Shown here in pieces: positions 10,234 through 20,375 of a DNA stretch of 64,000 nt. The notes beneath the pieces were generated by a model, which was given only the letters and a program-made list of their open reading frames with translations, was not told the DNA's origin and searched no databases. This DNA is from Acidobacteriota bacterium (GTDB taxonomy: Bacteria > Acidobacteriota > UBA6911): positions 72 to 64,071 of the forward strand of contig JAFGTD010000082.1 in NCBI GenBank assembly GCA_016934295.1, written 5' to 3'. The position numbers were made by a program, and so were the translations under genes. The number at the start of each line of letters is the position of its first letter. The stretch's first letter is position 1.

Positions 10234-11097
10234 TCAAGCCTCGCGTTTGCGCGCAATGAGACAACGGGGAATCCCCTGCAGATCGTTGAGAATCTCCTGC
10301 AATACCAACCCCTCCTCTTCGATCACCCGACCGATACCGTCCGCTTGACCGGCGCCCGCCTCGAACAGAATATATCCTCCTGGCTTAAGTCGAGGCCGTG
10401 CCGCAGGCGCCAGCCGACGATAAAAGTCCAGGCCGTCCCGCCCCCCGGACAGGGCACGTCGCGGTTCATAATCCCTTACGCCGGCCGGCAGCGTATTATA
10501 CTCCTCAAGCGGTACATATGGCGGGTTACTCAGAATCATGTCAAATAAGGGTTCCCTGCAGAAACACTCGAGCAGGTCCGCCCGGACAAACTGAATTCGT
10601 TCAGAAACCTTGTGCCGCAGCGCATTTCTATGCGCGATCTCCAGTGCCTGCCCGGAAATATCCGTCGCCCAGCCCCTGGATGAGGGAACTTCATGCGCGA
10701 CAGACACCGCGATGCAGCCGGATCCAGTCCCTACATCCGCAAAAATCCTATCCGAACCAGGTCCTTTCCGAATAATTGCAATGGCTGCCTCAACCAGAAT
10801 TTCCGTCTCTGGGCGCGGTATCAGAACCGCCGGCGTTACATGAAAATCAAGCCCGAAAAATTCCCTTTCTCCTGTCAGGTATTGAAGCGGTTCTCCTTTA
10901 GAATGGCGCAACACAAGAGACCTGTAGTGCTCCCATGCTCCCTCCGGCAAATTTTCTTCCGCGTGGCTCAATACATAAATCCTGTCGAGCCCTGTCACGA
11001 AACCGAGCAGGAGATCGGATGAAAGAACCGAAGACTCCACTCCGGCTCGCTTGAATGCATCCATAGCCCATGCCCTGGCTTTTTCTATTGTCTGCAT
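10234..11097 (-). CDS. prmC: Release factor glutamine methyltransferase
   Basis: EPLQY, VLIPRPETE, DVGTGSGCIA, SNPPY; follows prfA. Confidence 0.96.
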   Translation of the reverse strand: MQTIEKARAWAMDAFKRAGVESSVLSSDLLLGFVTGLDRIYVLSHAEENLPEGAWEHYRSLVLRHSKGEPLQYLTGEREFFGLDFHVTPAVLIPRPETEILVEAAIAIIRKGPGSDRIFADVGTGSGCIAVSVAHEVPSSRGWATDISGQALEIAHRNALRHKVSERIQFVRADLLECFCREPLFDMILSNPPYVPLEEYNTLPAGVRDYEPRRALSGGRDGLDFYRRLAPAARPRLKPGGYILFEAGAGQADGIGRVIEEEGLVLQEILNDLQGIPRCLIARKREA

Positions 11098-11227
11098 CGG
11101 TTTCCGTCCCGATATAAAAATGAAAAAGCTTGCCCGCCCCGAACAACAAGTGCCCGTGTTACAGAAGTTTATTTAATATACAGTGAAATGGATCTTTATA
11201 AAATGCAATATCGAATCAGACGGCTTC

Positions 11228-11285
11228 CTTAACAGCCCGTGATAAGGGTACGACAGGCCGCGTACCCTTATCACGGGCTGTTAAG
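11228..11285. repeat. Perfect 25-bp inverted repeat overlapping the prfA stop codon
   Basis: CTTAACAGCCCGTGATAAGGGTACG (11228-11252), 8-nt loop, exact reverse complement at 11261-11285. Confidence 0.9.
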
Positions 11286-12335
11286 TTTTTCCGCCTGAAA
11301 ATGAGTGGTCAGAGATTCAAAGATCGACAGGATATTCCCGTCCATGATTTCCGGAAGATTATGAACCGTCAGCCCGATACGGTGATCGCTGACGCGGTTT
11401 TGAGGATAATTATAGGTCCGTATTTTTTCACTGCGATCCCCTGTGCCGACCTGGCTCCGGCGGTCTTCCGCTATGGATTTCTGCTGTTCCTGAAGCGCTA
11501 TGTCATACAGTCTTGATCGCAATACGCGCATGGCCTTTGCCCGGTTCTTTATTTGAGATTTTTCATCCTGGCAGGATACGACCAGTCCGCTCGGAATGTG
11601 CGTGATTCGAACCGCGGAATAGGTCGTGTTCACCGACTGTCCCCCGGGTCCGGACGAACAGAAAGTATCGATCCGGATATCCTTGGGATCGATCACAACT
11701 TCCACTTCATCCGCATCCGGCAGAACCGCCACGGTAACGGCGGAAGTGTGGATACGCCCGCTGGCCTCCGTATCCGGCACCCGCTGAACCCGGTGTACGC
11801 CGCTTTCATATTTAAGCTTGCTGTAAACGCGATCCCCCTCTATCAGAGCCACGATTTCTTTGAAACCGCCCACTTCCGACTGATGGGAGTCCATCAGTTC
11901 CACCCGCCAGCCGGTACGTTCCGCAAAGCGGGAATACATGCGGAAAAGATCGGCGGCAAACAGAGTGGCTTCATTGCCGCCCGTCCCGGCTCTGATTTCC
12001 AGGAGCACGTTCTTGTCGTCGTTGGGATCCTTGGGCATCAGCAGCAATTGCAGATTTTTCCGGCATTCGCTCTCGCGATCCAGCAGCAATGCCAGCTCTT
12101 CATCCGCAAGCTTCCGCATCTCCGGATCGGTTTCCGCCTGAATCAGCGCCCTGGTTTCTTCCATTTCACGCAAAACCACCTTGTATTCCGAGAATTTCTC
12201 GACAATTTCCTGGAGGTCCCGATGCGCTTTGGCGTGCTTTTTATAGGCTGCCTGGTCCGCGATTACGGCCGGATCGGCAAGTATGGCGTTCAATTCGTCA
12301 TATTTTTTTTCCAGGGCATTTAGCTTTTCAATCAT
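11271..12335 (-). CDS. prfA: Peptide chain release factor 1
   Basis: [39 protein letters not shown]. Confidence 0.98.
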   Translation of the reverse strand: MIEKLNALEKKYDELNAILADPAVIADQAAYKKHAKAHRDLQEIVEKFSEYKVVLREMEETRALIQAETDPEMRKLADEELALLLDRESECRKNLQLLLMPKDPNDDKNVLLEIRAGTGGNEATLFAADLFRMYSRFAERTGWRVELMDSHQSEVGGFKEIVALIEGDRVYSKLKYESGVHRVQRVPDTEASGRIHTSAVTVAVLPDADEVEVVIDPKDIRIDTFCSSGPGGQSVNTTYSAVRITHIPSGLVVSCQDEKSQIKNRAKAMRVLRSRLYDIALQEQQKSIAEDRRSQVGTGDRSEKIRTYNYPQNRVSDHRIGLTVHNLPEIMDGNILSIFESLTTHFQAEKLNSP

Positions 12336-12408
12336 AGGATTTCCGCAGAATTTAATGATAAAAGGGACGTTAATAATAATGGCGGGAAGAAAGTAGCGGG
12401 CAGACCCG

Positions 12409-13377
12409 CTAAGCGGCGGTTTGTGCTTCTCGGGCTTTGATGCTGTCCAGTTCGAGAGCCTCTTTCAACGAATAGATGGCAATTTCGAGCTGGTCGTCCG
12501 AAGGTTCTTTGGTGGTGATACGCTGCAGTCCCAAACCGGGCAGGACAATCATCCTGAAAAAGCCCTTCCGGCAGCGCGGCGCCGACAACCGGATCAATTC
12601 ATAGGACAATCCGGAGACTATAGGCACCAATATCAGTCGCGACAGGAAAATCGCCCAAAATCCTTTAAATTCGACGATTGAAAACACGATTACGCTGACA
12701 ACCATCACAAACATCAGGAAACTGGTCCCGCAACGGGGGTGCAGAGTTGATTTCTTACGCGCGTTTTCCACCGTAAGTTCTTCCCCGGCCTCCCAGGTAT
12801 ATACCACTTTGTGCTCCGCCCCGTGATACTGAAACACCCTGCGGATATCCTTCAGCATACTGACCAGGATTATATAACTCAGGAAAAATACAACGCGGAT
12901 GATCCCGTCGACCAGATTGAAGACAAACCAGTTATGAACTGCGGATATGTAATCTTTCAGCAGGGTGGTAATCCAAAGCGGCATCAGGATAAATAAAAAA
13001 ACGGCTACAGCAATTGCGGCAATCATCGAAAAGGCGATCGGATACACCTTTCCTTCTTTCTTAACCTTGCCCGGACTTTTCTTTGCCTGCAACTCAGCTT
13101 CATCCTTCATTGCGACATTGATGGAAAAATTCAATGCGCGCATTCCAAGAATCAGGGATTGAAGCAGAACGGCAAAACCGCGAACGACATACCACGAAAG
13201 CGGCTTCCAATAATCGGACAGTCGCTTAACCGGCTTTTTCGTTACCTCCACGGAACCATCCATACGCCGCACGGCAACGGCAGTTGCATACGGCGTCCGC
13301 ATCATGACCCCCTCGATAACGGCCTGGCCGCCGACGAGAATATCTTCAGGCGATGCTTTGGATTTCGAATCCGTCAT
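12409..13377 (-). CDS. DUF1385 domain membrane protein
   Basis: [35 protein letters not shown]-like motif. Confidence 0.92.
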   Translation of the reverse strand: MTDSKSKASPEDILVGGQAVIEGVMMRTPYATAVAVRRMDGSVEVTKKPVKRLSDYWKPLSWYVVRGFAVLLQSLILGMRALNFSINVAMKDEAELQAKKSPGKVKKEGKVYPIAFSMIAAIAVAVFLFILMPLWITTLLKDYISAVHNWFVFNLVDGIIRVVFFLSYIILVSMLKDIRRVFQYHGAEHKVVYTWEAGEELTVENARKKSTLHPRCGTSFLMFVMVVSVIVFSIVEFKGFWAIFLSRLILVPIVSGLSYELIRLSAPRCRKGFFRMIVLPGLGLQRITTKEPSDDQLEIAIYSLKEALELDSIKAREAQTAA

Positions 13378-13384
13378 GGACAGC

Positions 13385-13609
13385 TCAGTTTTTGGACGAA
13401 TCTTCGGTCTTATTCAAACCGTATCGTCGCTGGAAGCGCTCAATGCGTCCTGCAGTATCCACCAGCTTCTGCTTCCCGGTAAAGAAAGGATGACAGGCGG
13501 AGCAGAGTTCCAGGCGAATATCCGGTTTCGTCGAGCGGGTTTCAAACTTATTGCCACAGGCGCAGGTAACCACCACTTTATGGTATTTGGGGTGAATTCC
13601 TTCTTTCAT
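13385..13609 (-). CDS. rpmE: 50S ribosomal protein L31 (Zn-binding type)
   Basis: [13 protein letters not shown]...[13 protein letters not shown]. Confidence 0.98.
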   Translation of the reverse strand: MKEGIHPKYHKVVVTCACGNKFETRSTKPDIRLELCSACHPFFTGKQKLVDTAGRIERFQRRYGLNKTEDSSKN

Positions 13610-13864
13610 TTCAGCCTCTTTATTCCAGTACACTCCGTCAGGAGCCAATAAAGTTAATCGGTTAGTATACCATCAGAGATAAGCTCTTTACCATTAATTT
13701 CTTAGAGTTCCTATTAAAATGAAGCCCATTTTGAATCCCGGGCACTACGAACGGGGATAGTTTGAATTAATGCAAACAATATGATAGTGTGTTCCGTTCT
13801 TTCGGCTCCCCGGTATGGGTATAAACTTCCTCATTGAGGAAAAACACGGCAATCCTGACATTCT

Positions 13865-14827
13865 ATGAGCATAATTAAGGTTTTTTTCCACAATAACTGT
13901 TTTGACGGATTGGCTTCAGCCGCGGTTTTCAGCGATTTCTATTCAAATGCAATCCATAAAGAGTGTGCATTCGTATACGAGGGCCTGGCGCACCGTGCCG
14001 GACAATTATTTCTCGATGTGGAGTTTGACGGCGATGAAAACGCCATCGTTGATTTTAAATATTCCAACGATCCCCGCCTGACCTGGTGGTTCGACCACCA
14101 TCAAAGCGCATTTCTCAACAGCGATGACGAAGCGCACTTCAAGGCGGACCGAAGCGGCAGAAAATTCCACGATCCCACATACCAGTCCTGCACCAAGTTA
14201 ATCGCCGAAATGTGTCAAAAGCATTTCCAGTTTGATTCAAGCCGGCTGAAAGAGCTGATTCACTGGGCCGATATCATCGACGGCGCCCAATTTGAAAACG
14301 CCCGGACCGCTGTAGAAATTCCCGAATCGGCCATGAAACTCATGATGGTCATTGAAGGCGTACGCGACAACAGCAAAATTTACAGTCTGATCAGGGAATT
14401 TCAGCGGAAGTCGTTGGACGAAATCATGGAACTCCAATGGGTTATGGATATTTTTCTTCCGCTCTACGAACGCCATCTCAGATCCATTGAGATAATCCGC
14501 GAGAAAGCGCAGTTTTTCGATAATACGATCTTTTTTGACATCAGCGACTTCGACCTGGCGGGCTACAACAAGTTCATTCCATATTATCTCTTTCCCGAAG
14601 CGGTTTACTGCGTAGGAATAAGTCTTTCAAGCTATCGTACAAAAATTTCAGTCGGCTCCAATCCATGGAGTCCTCTGCCCCGAACCCATAACCTGGCAAT
14701 GTTATGCGAACGGTACGGCGGCGGCGGGCACCCGGTTGTCGGGGCTATTTCTTTCGCTCCCGACGATCTTGATAAGGCGCGCACCATCGCTTCCACGATT
14801 ACCAAAGAACTCCGCGGTCAATCCTGA
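13865..14827 (+). CDS. DHH/DHHA1 family phosphoesterase
   Basis: CFDG, AIVDF, WFDHH and C-terminal GGGGH motifs. Confidence 0.85.
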   Translation: MSIIKVFFHNNCFDGLASAAVFSDFYSNAIHKECAFVYEGLAHRAGQLFLDVEFDGDENAIVDFKYSNDPRLTWWFDHHQSAFLNSDDEAHFKADRSGRKFHDPTYQSCTKLIAEMCQKHFQFDSSRLKELIHWADIIDGAQFENARTAVEIPESAMKLMMVIEGVRDNSKIYSLIREFQRKSLDEIMELQWVMDIFLPLYERHLRSIEIIREKAQFFDNTIFFDISDFDLAGYNKFIPYYLFPEAVYCVGISLSSYRTKISVGSNPWSPLPRTHNLAMLCERYGGGGHPVVGAISFAPDDLDKARTIASTITKELRGQS

Positions 14828-14967
14828 ATTCCCTTCTTCCGGCTGGAGAATAATGTTGTCGATTGTATAAAATGTCTTCATTCTGAAATTTGTAAATTCA
14901 CAGAGGGCGCTGCATTAAACGATGGCACCGCCATCATCGTCCTGAAGCGCTCCTGGCAAAGGTTATA

Positions 14968-16233
14968 ATGCTTCTTATCAAGAATATTTCGCAGGTTGTC
15001 ACTCTAAGCGGAGGCCCCGTACCCAGAACAGGGGACGCCATGTCCGATCTCGGGATCATTGATAACGGCGCCATTCTGATTCACGGTGACCGTATCGTAT
15101 GGATCGGCCCTACTAAAGACATCCCGGTTCGCGAACCGGGCATTCGATACCAGACCCTGGATGGGGTTGGCCTGGATTTGATTGCATTGCCGGGCTTTAT
15201 TGATTCGCATACCCATCCTGTTTTTGCCGGTGCCAGGATCGAGGAATTCGATCTTCGTTGCCAGGGCAAGAAATTCCAGGAGATCGCGTCCGAAGGCGGA
15301 GGCATCATCAAGAGCGTTCGAGATTTTCGTGCAGCGACCGTTGAACAGTTGCTGGAGAAGACCGAACGCAATTTCAGGCAATTCCTGAGCCACGGCACAA
15401 CCACGATCGAAGCAAAGAGCGGATACGGGTTGACGCTGGAGGATGAAATAAAAGCGCTGCAGGTACTGGATGTCCTCAACGGCCGCAACCGTCTGGAAGT
15501 CGTATCCACCTTTCTCGGGGCCCATGCCATTCCGGAGGAACTGGCGGATTCCCGCGACGAATATATTCGGAACCTGATCCAGATCATGATCCCGCGCATT
15601 GCCCAGGAAGGTCTGGCGCAGTATTGCGACGTATTCTGCGAAGAAGGTTATTTTTCAGTGGATGAAGCGCGTTCCATCCTGATCGCGGCTAAGGCTGCGG
15701 GGCTGGGACTACGGATTCATGCCGACGTGTTGGGGCGCAATGGAGGCGCCAAACTCGCGGCGGAACTTGGAGTCCGCAGCGCCGATCACCTCAGATGGAT
15801 CAACGATTCCGATATAGAAGACCTGAAACAGTCCGGCGTGATGGCAACCCTTCTGCCTGGAACCGCATTCAACCTGGGACTGGAGCGCCACGCGCCCGCC
15901 CGTAAACTCATCGCCGCCGGCGTACCGGTGGCGCTGGCGACCGATTTCAATCCCGGCACCTGCTACACCATGAACATGCAGATCATCCTCGCCTTTGCCT
16001 GCCAGAAAATGCGGATGTCTCCTGCCGAAACAATTACCGCAGCCACAATCAACAGCGCGTATTCGCTCGGGCTCTCCGACCGGCTGGGCACACTTGAAGA
16101 GGGGAAACAAGCGGATATTATATTAATGGGCGTATCGGATTATCGGGAGCTACCCTATTTCTTCGGGGTCAATCATTGTATTGTTACGATTAAAAAGGGG
16201 AATATCGTAATCAATCGCCTGGAACGGCCGTGA
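14968..16233 (+). CDS. hutI: Imidazolonepropionase
   Basis: PGFIDSHTHPVFAG, GGGI, EAKSGYGL, CDVFCE, ATDFNPG. Confidence 0.9.
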   Translation: MLLIKNISQVVTLSGGPVPRTGDAMSDLGIIDNGAILIHGDRIVWIGPTKDIPVREPGIRYQTLDGVGLDLIALPGFIDSHTHPVFAGARIEEFDLRCQGKKFQEIASEGGGIIKSVRDFRAATVEQLLEKTERNFRQFLSHGTTTIEAKSGYGLTLEDEIKALQVLDVLNGRNRLEVVSTFLGAHAIPEELADSRDEYIRNLIQIMIPRIAQEGLAQYCDVFCEEGYFSVDEARSILIAAKAAGLGLRIHADVLGRNGGAKLAAELGVRSADHLRWINDSDIEDLKQSGVMATLLPGTAFNLGLERHAPARKLIAAGVPVALATDFNPGTCYTMNMQIILAFACQKMRMSPAETITAATINSAYSLGLSDRLGTLEEGKQADIILMGVSDYRELPYFFGVNHCIVTIKKGNIVINRLERP

Positions 16234-16269
16234 TCCAATTATCAAACATGCGGAACCATTGCGGATTTT

Positions 16270-16328
16270 TGAACGTTCCAAGGTTTGACGTGGAACGTTT
16301 AACGTTAGACGTCCAACGTTGGAACGTT
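16270..16328. repeat. Degenerate 7-nt tandem array (NNAACGT, about 8 units)
   Basis: tgaacgt-t-ccaaggt-ttgacgt-ggaacgt-ttaacgt-tagacgt-ccaacgt-t-ggaacgt. Confidence 0.75.
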
Positions 16329-16403
16329 AAAATCCCCTGCAAATCCATCCGCAGATCAAACCGATATAGAGCGTTATTTCAGTGGAAACGGCGATTGCGC
16401 GGG

Positions 16404-16595
16404 CTAACTCTTTTCCTCTTCACTTTGTGGCTCTTCTACGCCAGCGTTGGCTGGCGCGGCGGCTTTAAGAGATGTCTTGAAGTTGCGAATGCCTTCCCCC
16501 AGACCTTTGCCAAGCTTGGGAATCTTATTCACACCAAAGATTAAAATAACAATGACCAGAATAATTATAAGTTCTGTTGGTCCCAGAGTCGGCAT
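16404..16595 (-). CDS. tatA: Twin-arginine translocase TatA/E subunit
   Basis: LGPTELIIILVIVILIFGVNKIPKLGKGLGEGIRNFK. Confidence 0.95.
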   Translation of the reverse strand: MPTLGPTELIIILVIVILIFGVNKIPKLGKGLGEGIRNFKTSLKAAAPANAGVEEPQSEEEKS

Positions 16596-16885
16596 ACCTT
16601 CCTCCGTTGATTTGAGTTCATCCGCTATTGAGAGTACTTTATGAAATCATCCAAGTCAATTCTATCGCTCTTCACCTGCAGCCAACATAAGTACGAATCA
16701 TTCGAAAACATTTTTCTCCTCCCGATATAATCAAATCGATACCGCGTCATTTTTAACCATTGTTTCTTTGATTATCGCAATATTTTTTCGGTTTTTTTTC
16801 ATATTCCACCGGTTTGCCTGAGTTCACCATAATTTTTCACTAAAACCAATGAACCCCAAAATCCCAAATATCAATAAAATCCCTT

Positions 16886-16921
16886 GTTATGTTGACAGGA
16901 ATATCCTATAAAACATAACGT
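16886..16921 (+). promoter_or_regulatory. Putative sigma70 promoter overlapped by an inverted repeat
   Basis: TTGACA at 16892-16897 with TAACGT 18 nt later; GTTATGTT (16886)/AACATAAC (16912) arms around an AGGA-ATA-TCCT core. Confidence 0.45.
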
Positions 16922-17318
16922 GGTTAGTTATTTTAATACTGGAACTGATAAATTCGGGAGGATAGCGAGAAGAATTATCTAATTTGTTGTTCCGTAGCAT
17001 CTCTCCGAAGGCCATTGAGAGACCTAGCCTGAATTTCACACAGAGATTCACAATAAACTTGTGCAGGTACGTGCGGAGGCGACGCTTCGCCGTCAACGGG
17101 CGAGCTGGTGTAACAGTTTTGGGTGCACCCGCTCCGCTGCCTCGATAAATGCAGCGTGTGAAAAAAATGAAGGCTGGTACAGCTTGGTATTCAGCAACCC
17201 AATAGTAGTTTGTTAGACCCGCTATGGTTTGCCCGGCTCCATAAATCAGGCAGACCATTTATCCTTAGTTACACATGACAGCAGAGCGGGAGAAACATCC
17301 TGGAAAGGAGCAGTTCTT

Positions 17319-18113
17319 TTGAAGATAATTGCAGAAAAAATCAACGGGACGCGAAAACGAGTAGCCCAGGCTATTCAGGAACGCGATGCGGAATTCATTC
17401 AGAATCTGGCCAAAGAACAGACCGAAGCCGGCGCTACCTGGCTCGATGCCAATGCAGGCACCGCCCCACAGCGCGAACCTGAAGACCTTATTTGGCTTGT
17501 CGAAAACATTCAGGCTGCCGTCGACACACCGATAGCCCTGGACAGCGCCAATCCGAAGGCCCTGGAGGCGGCAATCAAGGTTGTCAAAAAGAAGCCCATG
17601 ATCAATTCGATCAGCCTCGAACCGAGTCGCCTGGATGTATTCCCCATCGTAGCCGAACATAAGTGCCCGGCAGTCGCGCTGGCCATGGACGAAAAAGGCA
17701 TTCCAAAGACAAAGGGAGAACGGATCGACATCATCGGTCAAATTCTGGAAAAAACGCGCGCGATGGACATCCAGGATGACGACCTCTATTTCGACCCGCT
17801 TTGCATGACTATAGGAACAGGCCAGGAAAACGCACTGCTCTTCTTTGACACTGTCCGCGAAATCCGCAGTAAATTCCCGAAAGTTCACGTAACATGCGGC
17901 TTGAGCAACATCTCGTTCGGGATGCCTGCTCGTAAATACATCAACCGGATCTTCCTTGCTCTGGCTATGCAGGCGGGGCTGGATTGCGCTATTACCAACC
18001 CGAACAGCAAGGACATTCAAACCGGCATACTGGCGACCGAACTGTTGCTGAATCAGGACAAGCATTGTCTGAAATACACCCGCGCATTTCGTGCAGGAGT
18101 TTTTAACGAATAA
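17319..18113 (+). CDS. Methyltetrahydrofolate:corrinoid methyltransferase (AcsE/MtqA-like pterin-binding, MT2)
   Basis: TTG start after AAGGAG; IIAEKINGTRK, WLDANAG, LDSANP, MINSIS, CGLSNISFGMP. Confidence 0.9.
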   Translation: MKIIAEKINGTRKRVAQAIQERDAEFIQNLAKEQTEAGATWLDANAGTAPQREPEDLIWLVENIQAAVDTPIALDSANPKALEAAIKVVKKKPMINSISLEPSRLDVFPIVAEHKCPAVALAMDEKGIPKTKGERIDIIGQILEKTRAMDIQDDDLYFDPLCMTIGTGQENALLFFDTVREIRSKFPKVHVTCGLSNISFGMPARKYINRIFLALAMQAGLDCAITNPNSKDIQTGILATELLLNQDKHCLKYTRAFRAGVFNE

Positions 18114-18185
18114 CATCCCGTTTAAGAAAAGCATTAGTATTCCTGAATAACATTTACCCAAAGAAGGAAGTAAAAAGGAGAGCAT

Positions 18186-18824
18186 ATGTCGAAAGAATTA
18201 GTCGATCTCGTCGTTGACATGCGTGAGGAAGAGGCAGTAAAGCTTGCCGAGAAACTGTTGGAAGAGGGCGCGGAACCGCTCGGTCTTCTGGATGATTGCC
18301 GTGAAGCTCTCGGCATCATCGGAGACAGGTTTGCCGCAGGCGAGTGCTTCGTTCCGGAACTGATCCTGGCCGGTGAAATGCTGCGTCAGATCGGGGCTCT
18401 GGTAAAACCGAGGATCGAAGCTTCGGGCGAAGGTGCCCAGGAAAAAATCGGGAAGATCGTCTTCGGAACCGTTGAGGGCGACATACACGATATCGCGAAG
18501 GACATCGTGGTATTCATGCTCGATATCAACGGCTTTGACGTGATGGATCTCGGCGTGGACGTTCCTGCGGCCAAGTTTGTAGAAGCTGTCAAGGAATTCA
18601 AGCCCCAGGTCGTCGGACTCAGCGGATTCCTGACACTGGCCTACGATCCTATGAAGAACACCGTCCAGGCCCTGAAGGATGCCGGTCTGCGCGATGACGT
18701 GAAAATCATGATCGGCGGCGGACAGATGGACGACAACGTTGCCGCGTATGCCAAAGCGGATGCTTATGGGAAAGACGCCATGGCAGCCGTGAATCTGTCC
18801 AAAGGATGGATAGGAGTGAAATAA
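18186..18824 (+). CDS. Cobalamin-binding (corrinoid) protein
   Basis: GTVEGDIHDIAK (DxHxxG variant), DLGVDVP, VGLSGFLT, MIGGG; N-terminal cap domain. Confidence 0.93.
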   Translation: MSKELVDLVVDMREEEAVKLAEKLLEEGAEPLGLLDDCREALGIIGDRFAAGECFVPELILAGEMLRQIGALVKPRIEASGEGAQEKIGKIVFGTVEGDIHDIAKDIVVFMLDINGFDVMDLGVDVPAAKFVEAVKEFKPQVVGLSGFLTLAYDPMKNTVQALKDAGLRDDVKIMIGGGQMDDNVAAYAKADAYGKDAMAAVNLSKGWIGVK

Positions 18825-18825
18825 T

Positions 18826-20172
18826 ATGCCAAAACCGGAAAATTTCGATAAGTTGACACCCGATCAGAAACGCCAGGCGCGCCTGGAAGCCTGGGTAAAT
18901 CATGAAGGTATCGAATTTACCGATCCTGCTGCTGAAAAAGGATACAAGGAACGCGCACAGCTGTTTGCCGACGTCTTTCAAATGAAGAAGCCCAAACGGC
19001 TGCCCGTCGCGATCGCTACAGGATTCTTCCCGTTCTTATATGCCGGGTATAGCTGCAAGGACGCCATGTACGACACCGACAAGCTCGGCAAGGCAATGAA
19101 AAAATTCCATGCCGATTTCATGCCGGATACCGCTGCATCCGCCGGGCTTTACGTTCCGGGAAAGGTTCTGGAAATCCTGGACTACAAGCTCTACCACTGG
19201 CCGGGCCACGGCGTGCCGGAAAATACGTCCTACCAGTGCGCGGAAGCGGAGTTCATGAAGCCGGACGAATACCAGGCTTACCTGGACGACCCGACGGATT
19301 TCTTCATTCGCACGTACCTGCCCCGGGTCATGGGAGCCCTGGAACCCTGGAAAGAGCTTCCACCTTTCACGGATCTTCTCGAACTGCCTTTTATCCCCTG
19401 GGGCATGCTGCCCTTCGGACTGCCGCATATCCAGGAAACCTTAAAAAAGCTGATGGAAGCCGGTCGGCTTTCCCTGGAATTTGCCGGGAAAATCGAAGAA
19501 ATCGACAACGATATCATTACCAGCCTAGGACTGCCCAAATACCAGGGAGGATTCTCGAAGGCGCCGTACGACGTTATCGCGGACACCATGCGCGGGACCC
19601 GGGCGATAATGCTCGACACCTTCCGCAAGCGCAAAGAGATTATGGCAGCGGCCGAACGCAATATTCCCTTTATGACGAGAATGCCTTACGGTGCGTACTC
19701 CTGGGGAGGGCCTCCGACCGCATTCTTCCCGCTGCACAAGGGCGCGGACGGTTTCTTGTCACCGAAAGATTTCAAGGAGCTTTACTGGCCGTCCTTCAAG
19801 GCCGTCATGCTCAATCTGATCAAAGACGGCATGATTCCCTTCCTGTTTGTCGAAGGAAGCTACAACCAGCGGCTGGATATCATCACAGATCCCGACATTC
19901 CGGCCGGCAGCACCATCTGGTACTTCGACAAAACGGATATGGCGGAAGTCCGGAAACATCTGCAGGGTTATGCATGCTTTGCGGGCAATTTCCCTTCTTC
20001 ACTTCTGGCGGCCGGAACTGTCGATCAGGTCAAGGATGGAGTCAAAAAGCTGATCGACACCTGCGCCGGAGACGGCGGATACTATGTGGTCAACGGCGCG
20101 GTTCTGGACGAAGCAACACCGGAAAACCTGCATGCGTACGTCGACACGGCGAAAGAATACGGCGTTTACTAA
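18826..20172 (+). CDS. Uroporphyrinogen-decarboxylase-family protein (putative substrate:corrinoid methyltransferase, MT1)
   Basis: APYDVIADTMRG, PLHKGADGFLS, FVEGSY, FAGNFP, CAGDGGY; coupled to the corrinoid gene. Confidence 0.8.
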   Translation: MPKPENFDKLTPDQKRQARLEAWVNHEGIEFTDPAAEKGYKERAQLFADVFQMKKPKRLPVAIATGFFPFLYAGYSCKDAMYDTDKLGKAMKKFHADFMPDTAASAGLYVPGKVLEILDYKLYHWPGHGVPENTSYQCAEAEFMKPDEYQAYLDDPTDFFIRTYLPRVMGALEPWKELPPFTDLLELPFIPWGMLPFGLPHIQETLKKLMEAGRLSLEFAGKIEEIDNDIITSLGLPKYQGGFSKAPYDVIADTMRGTRAIMLDTFRKRKEIMAAAERNIPFMTRMPYGAYSWGGPPTAFFPLHKGADGFLSPKDFKELYWPSFKAVMLNLIKDGMIPFLFVEGSYNQRLDIITDPDIPAGSTIWYFDKTDMAEVRKHLQGYACFAGNFPSSLLAAGTVDQVKDGVKKLIDTCAGDGGYYVVNGAVLDEATPENLHAYVDTAKEYGVY

Positions 20173-20197
20173 GTCTTAAAACGCTGATGCAAACCTC

Positions 20198-20228
20198 AAA
20201 AGCCCGGGGCGTTAGCTCCGGGCTTTTT
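20198..20228 (+). terminator. Rho-independent terminator of the methyltransferase operon
   Basis: AAAAGCCCGGGG...CTCCGGGCTTTTT. Confidence 0.8.
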
Positions 20229-20229
20229 A

Positions 20230-20250
20230 TTTCCCGTTTCCCGTTTCCCG
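20230..20250. repeat. Perfect 7-nt tandem repeat (TTTCCCG)x3
   Basis: tttcccg tttcccg tttcccg. Confidence 0.85.
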
Positions 20251-20375
20251 TAAAGGGTGAATTCCGGAACCCAGGACCGCAAGAGCTTTTATTCAAATTT
20301 CTTACAAGTTTTCGATCGCTTCACTTACATCGCGCCCCTGACTGGGGAATGGATACAAAACGTTCTTGATATTTT

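Noticed and set aside
14968-16233. hutI without neighbouring hutU or hutH as a novel amidohydrolase
   Set aside because: HutI signature motifs are intact and dispersed hut genes are common; the rest of the genome is not visible
17174-17190. Sigma-54 promoter (TGGTAC...TTGG)
   Set aside because: The GG-N10-GC spacing is not satisfied
16921-17318. Cobalamin riboswitch upstream of the corrinoid operon
   Set aside because: No B12-box or GGGAA...GCCACTG...AGYCAGRAGACC-like consensus found by eye; kept only as an unassigned structured leader
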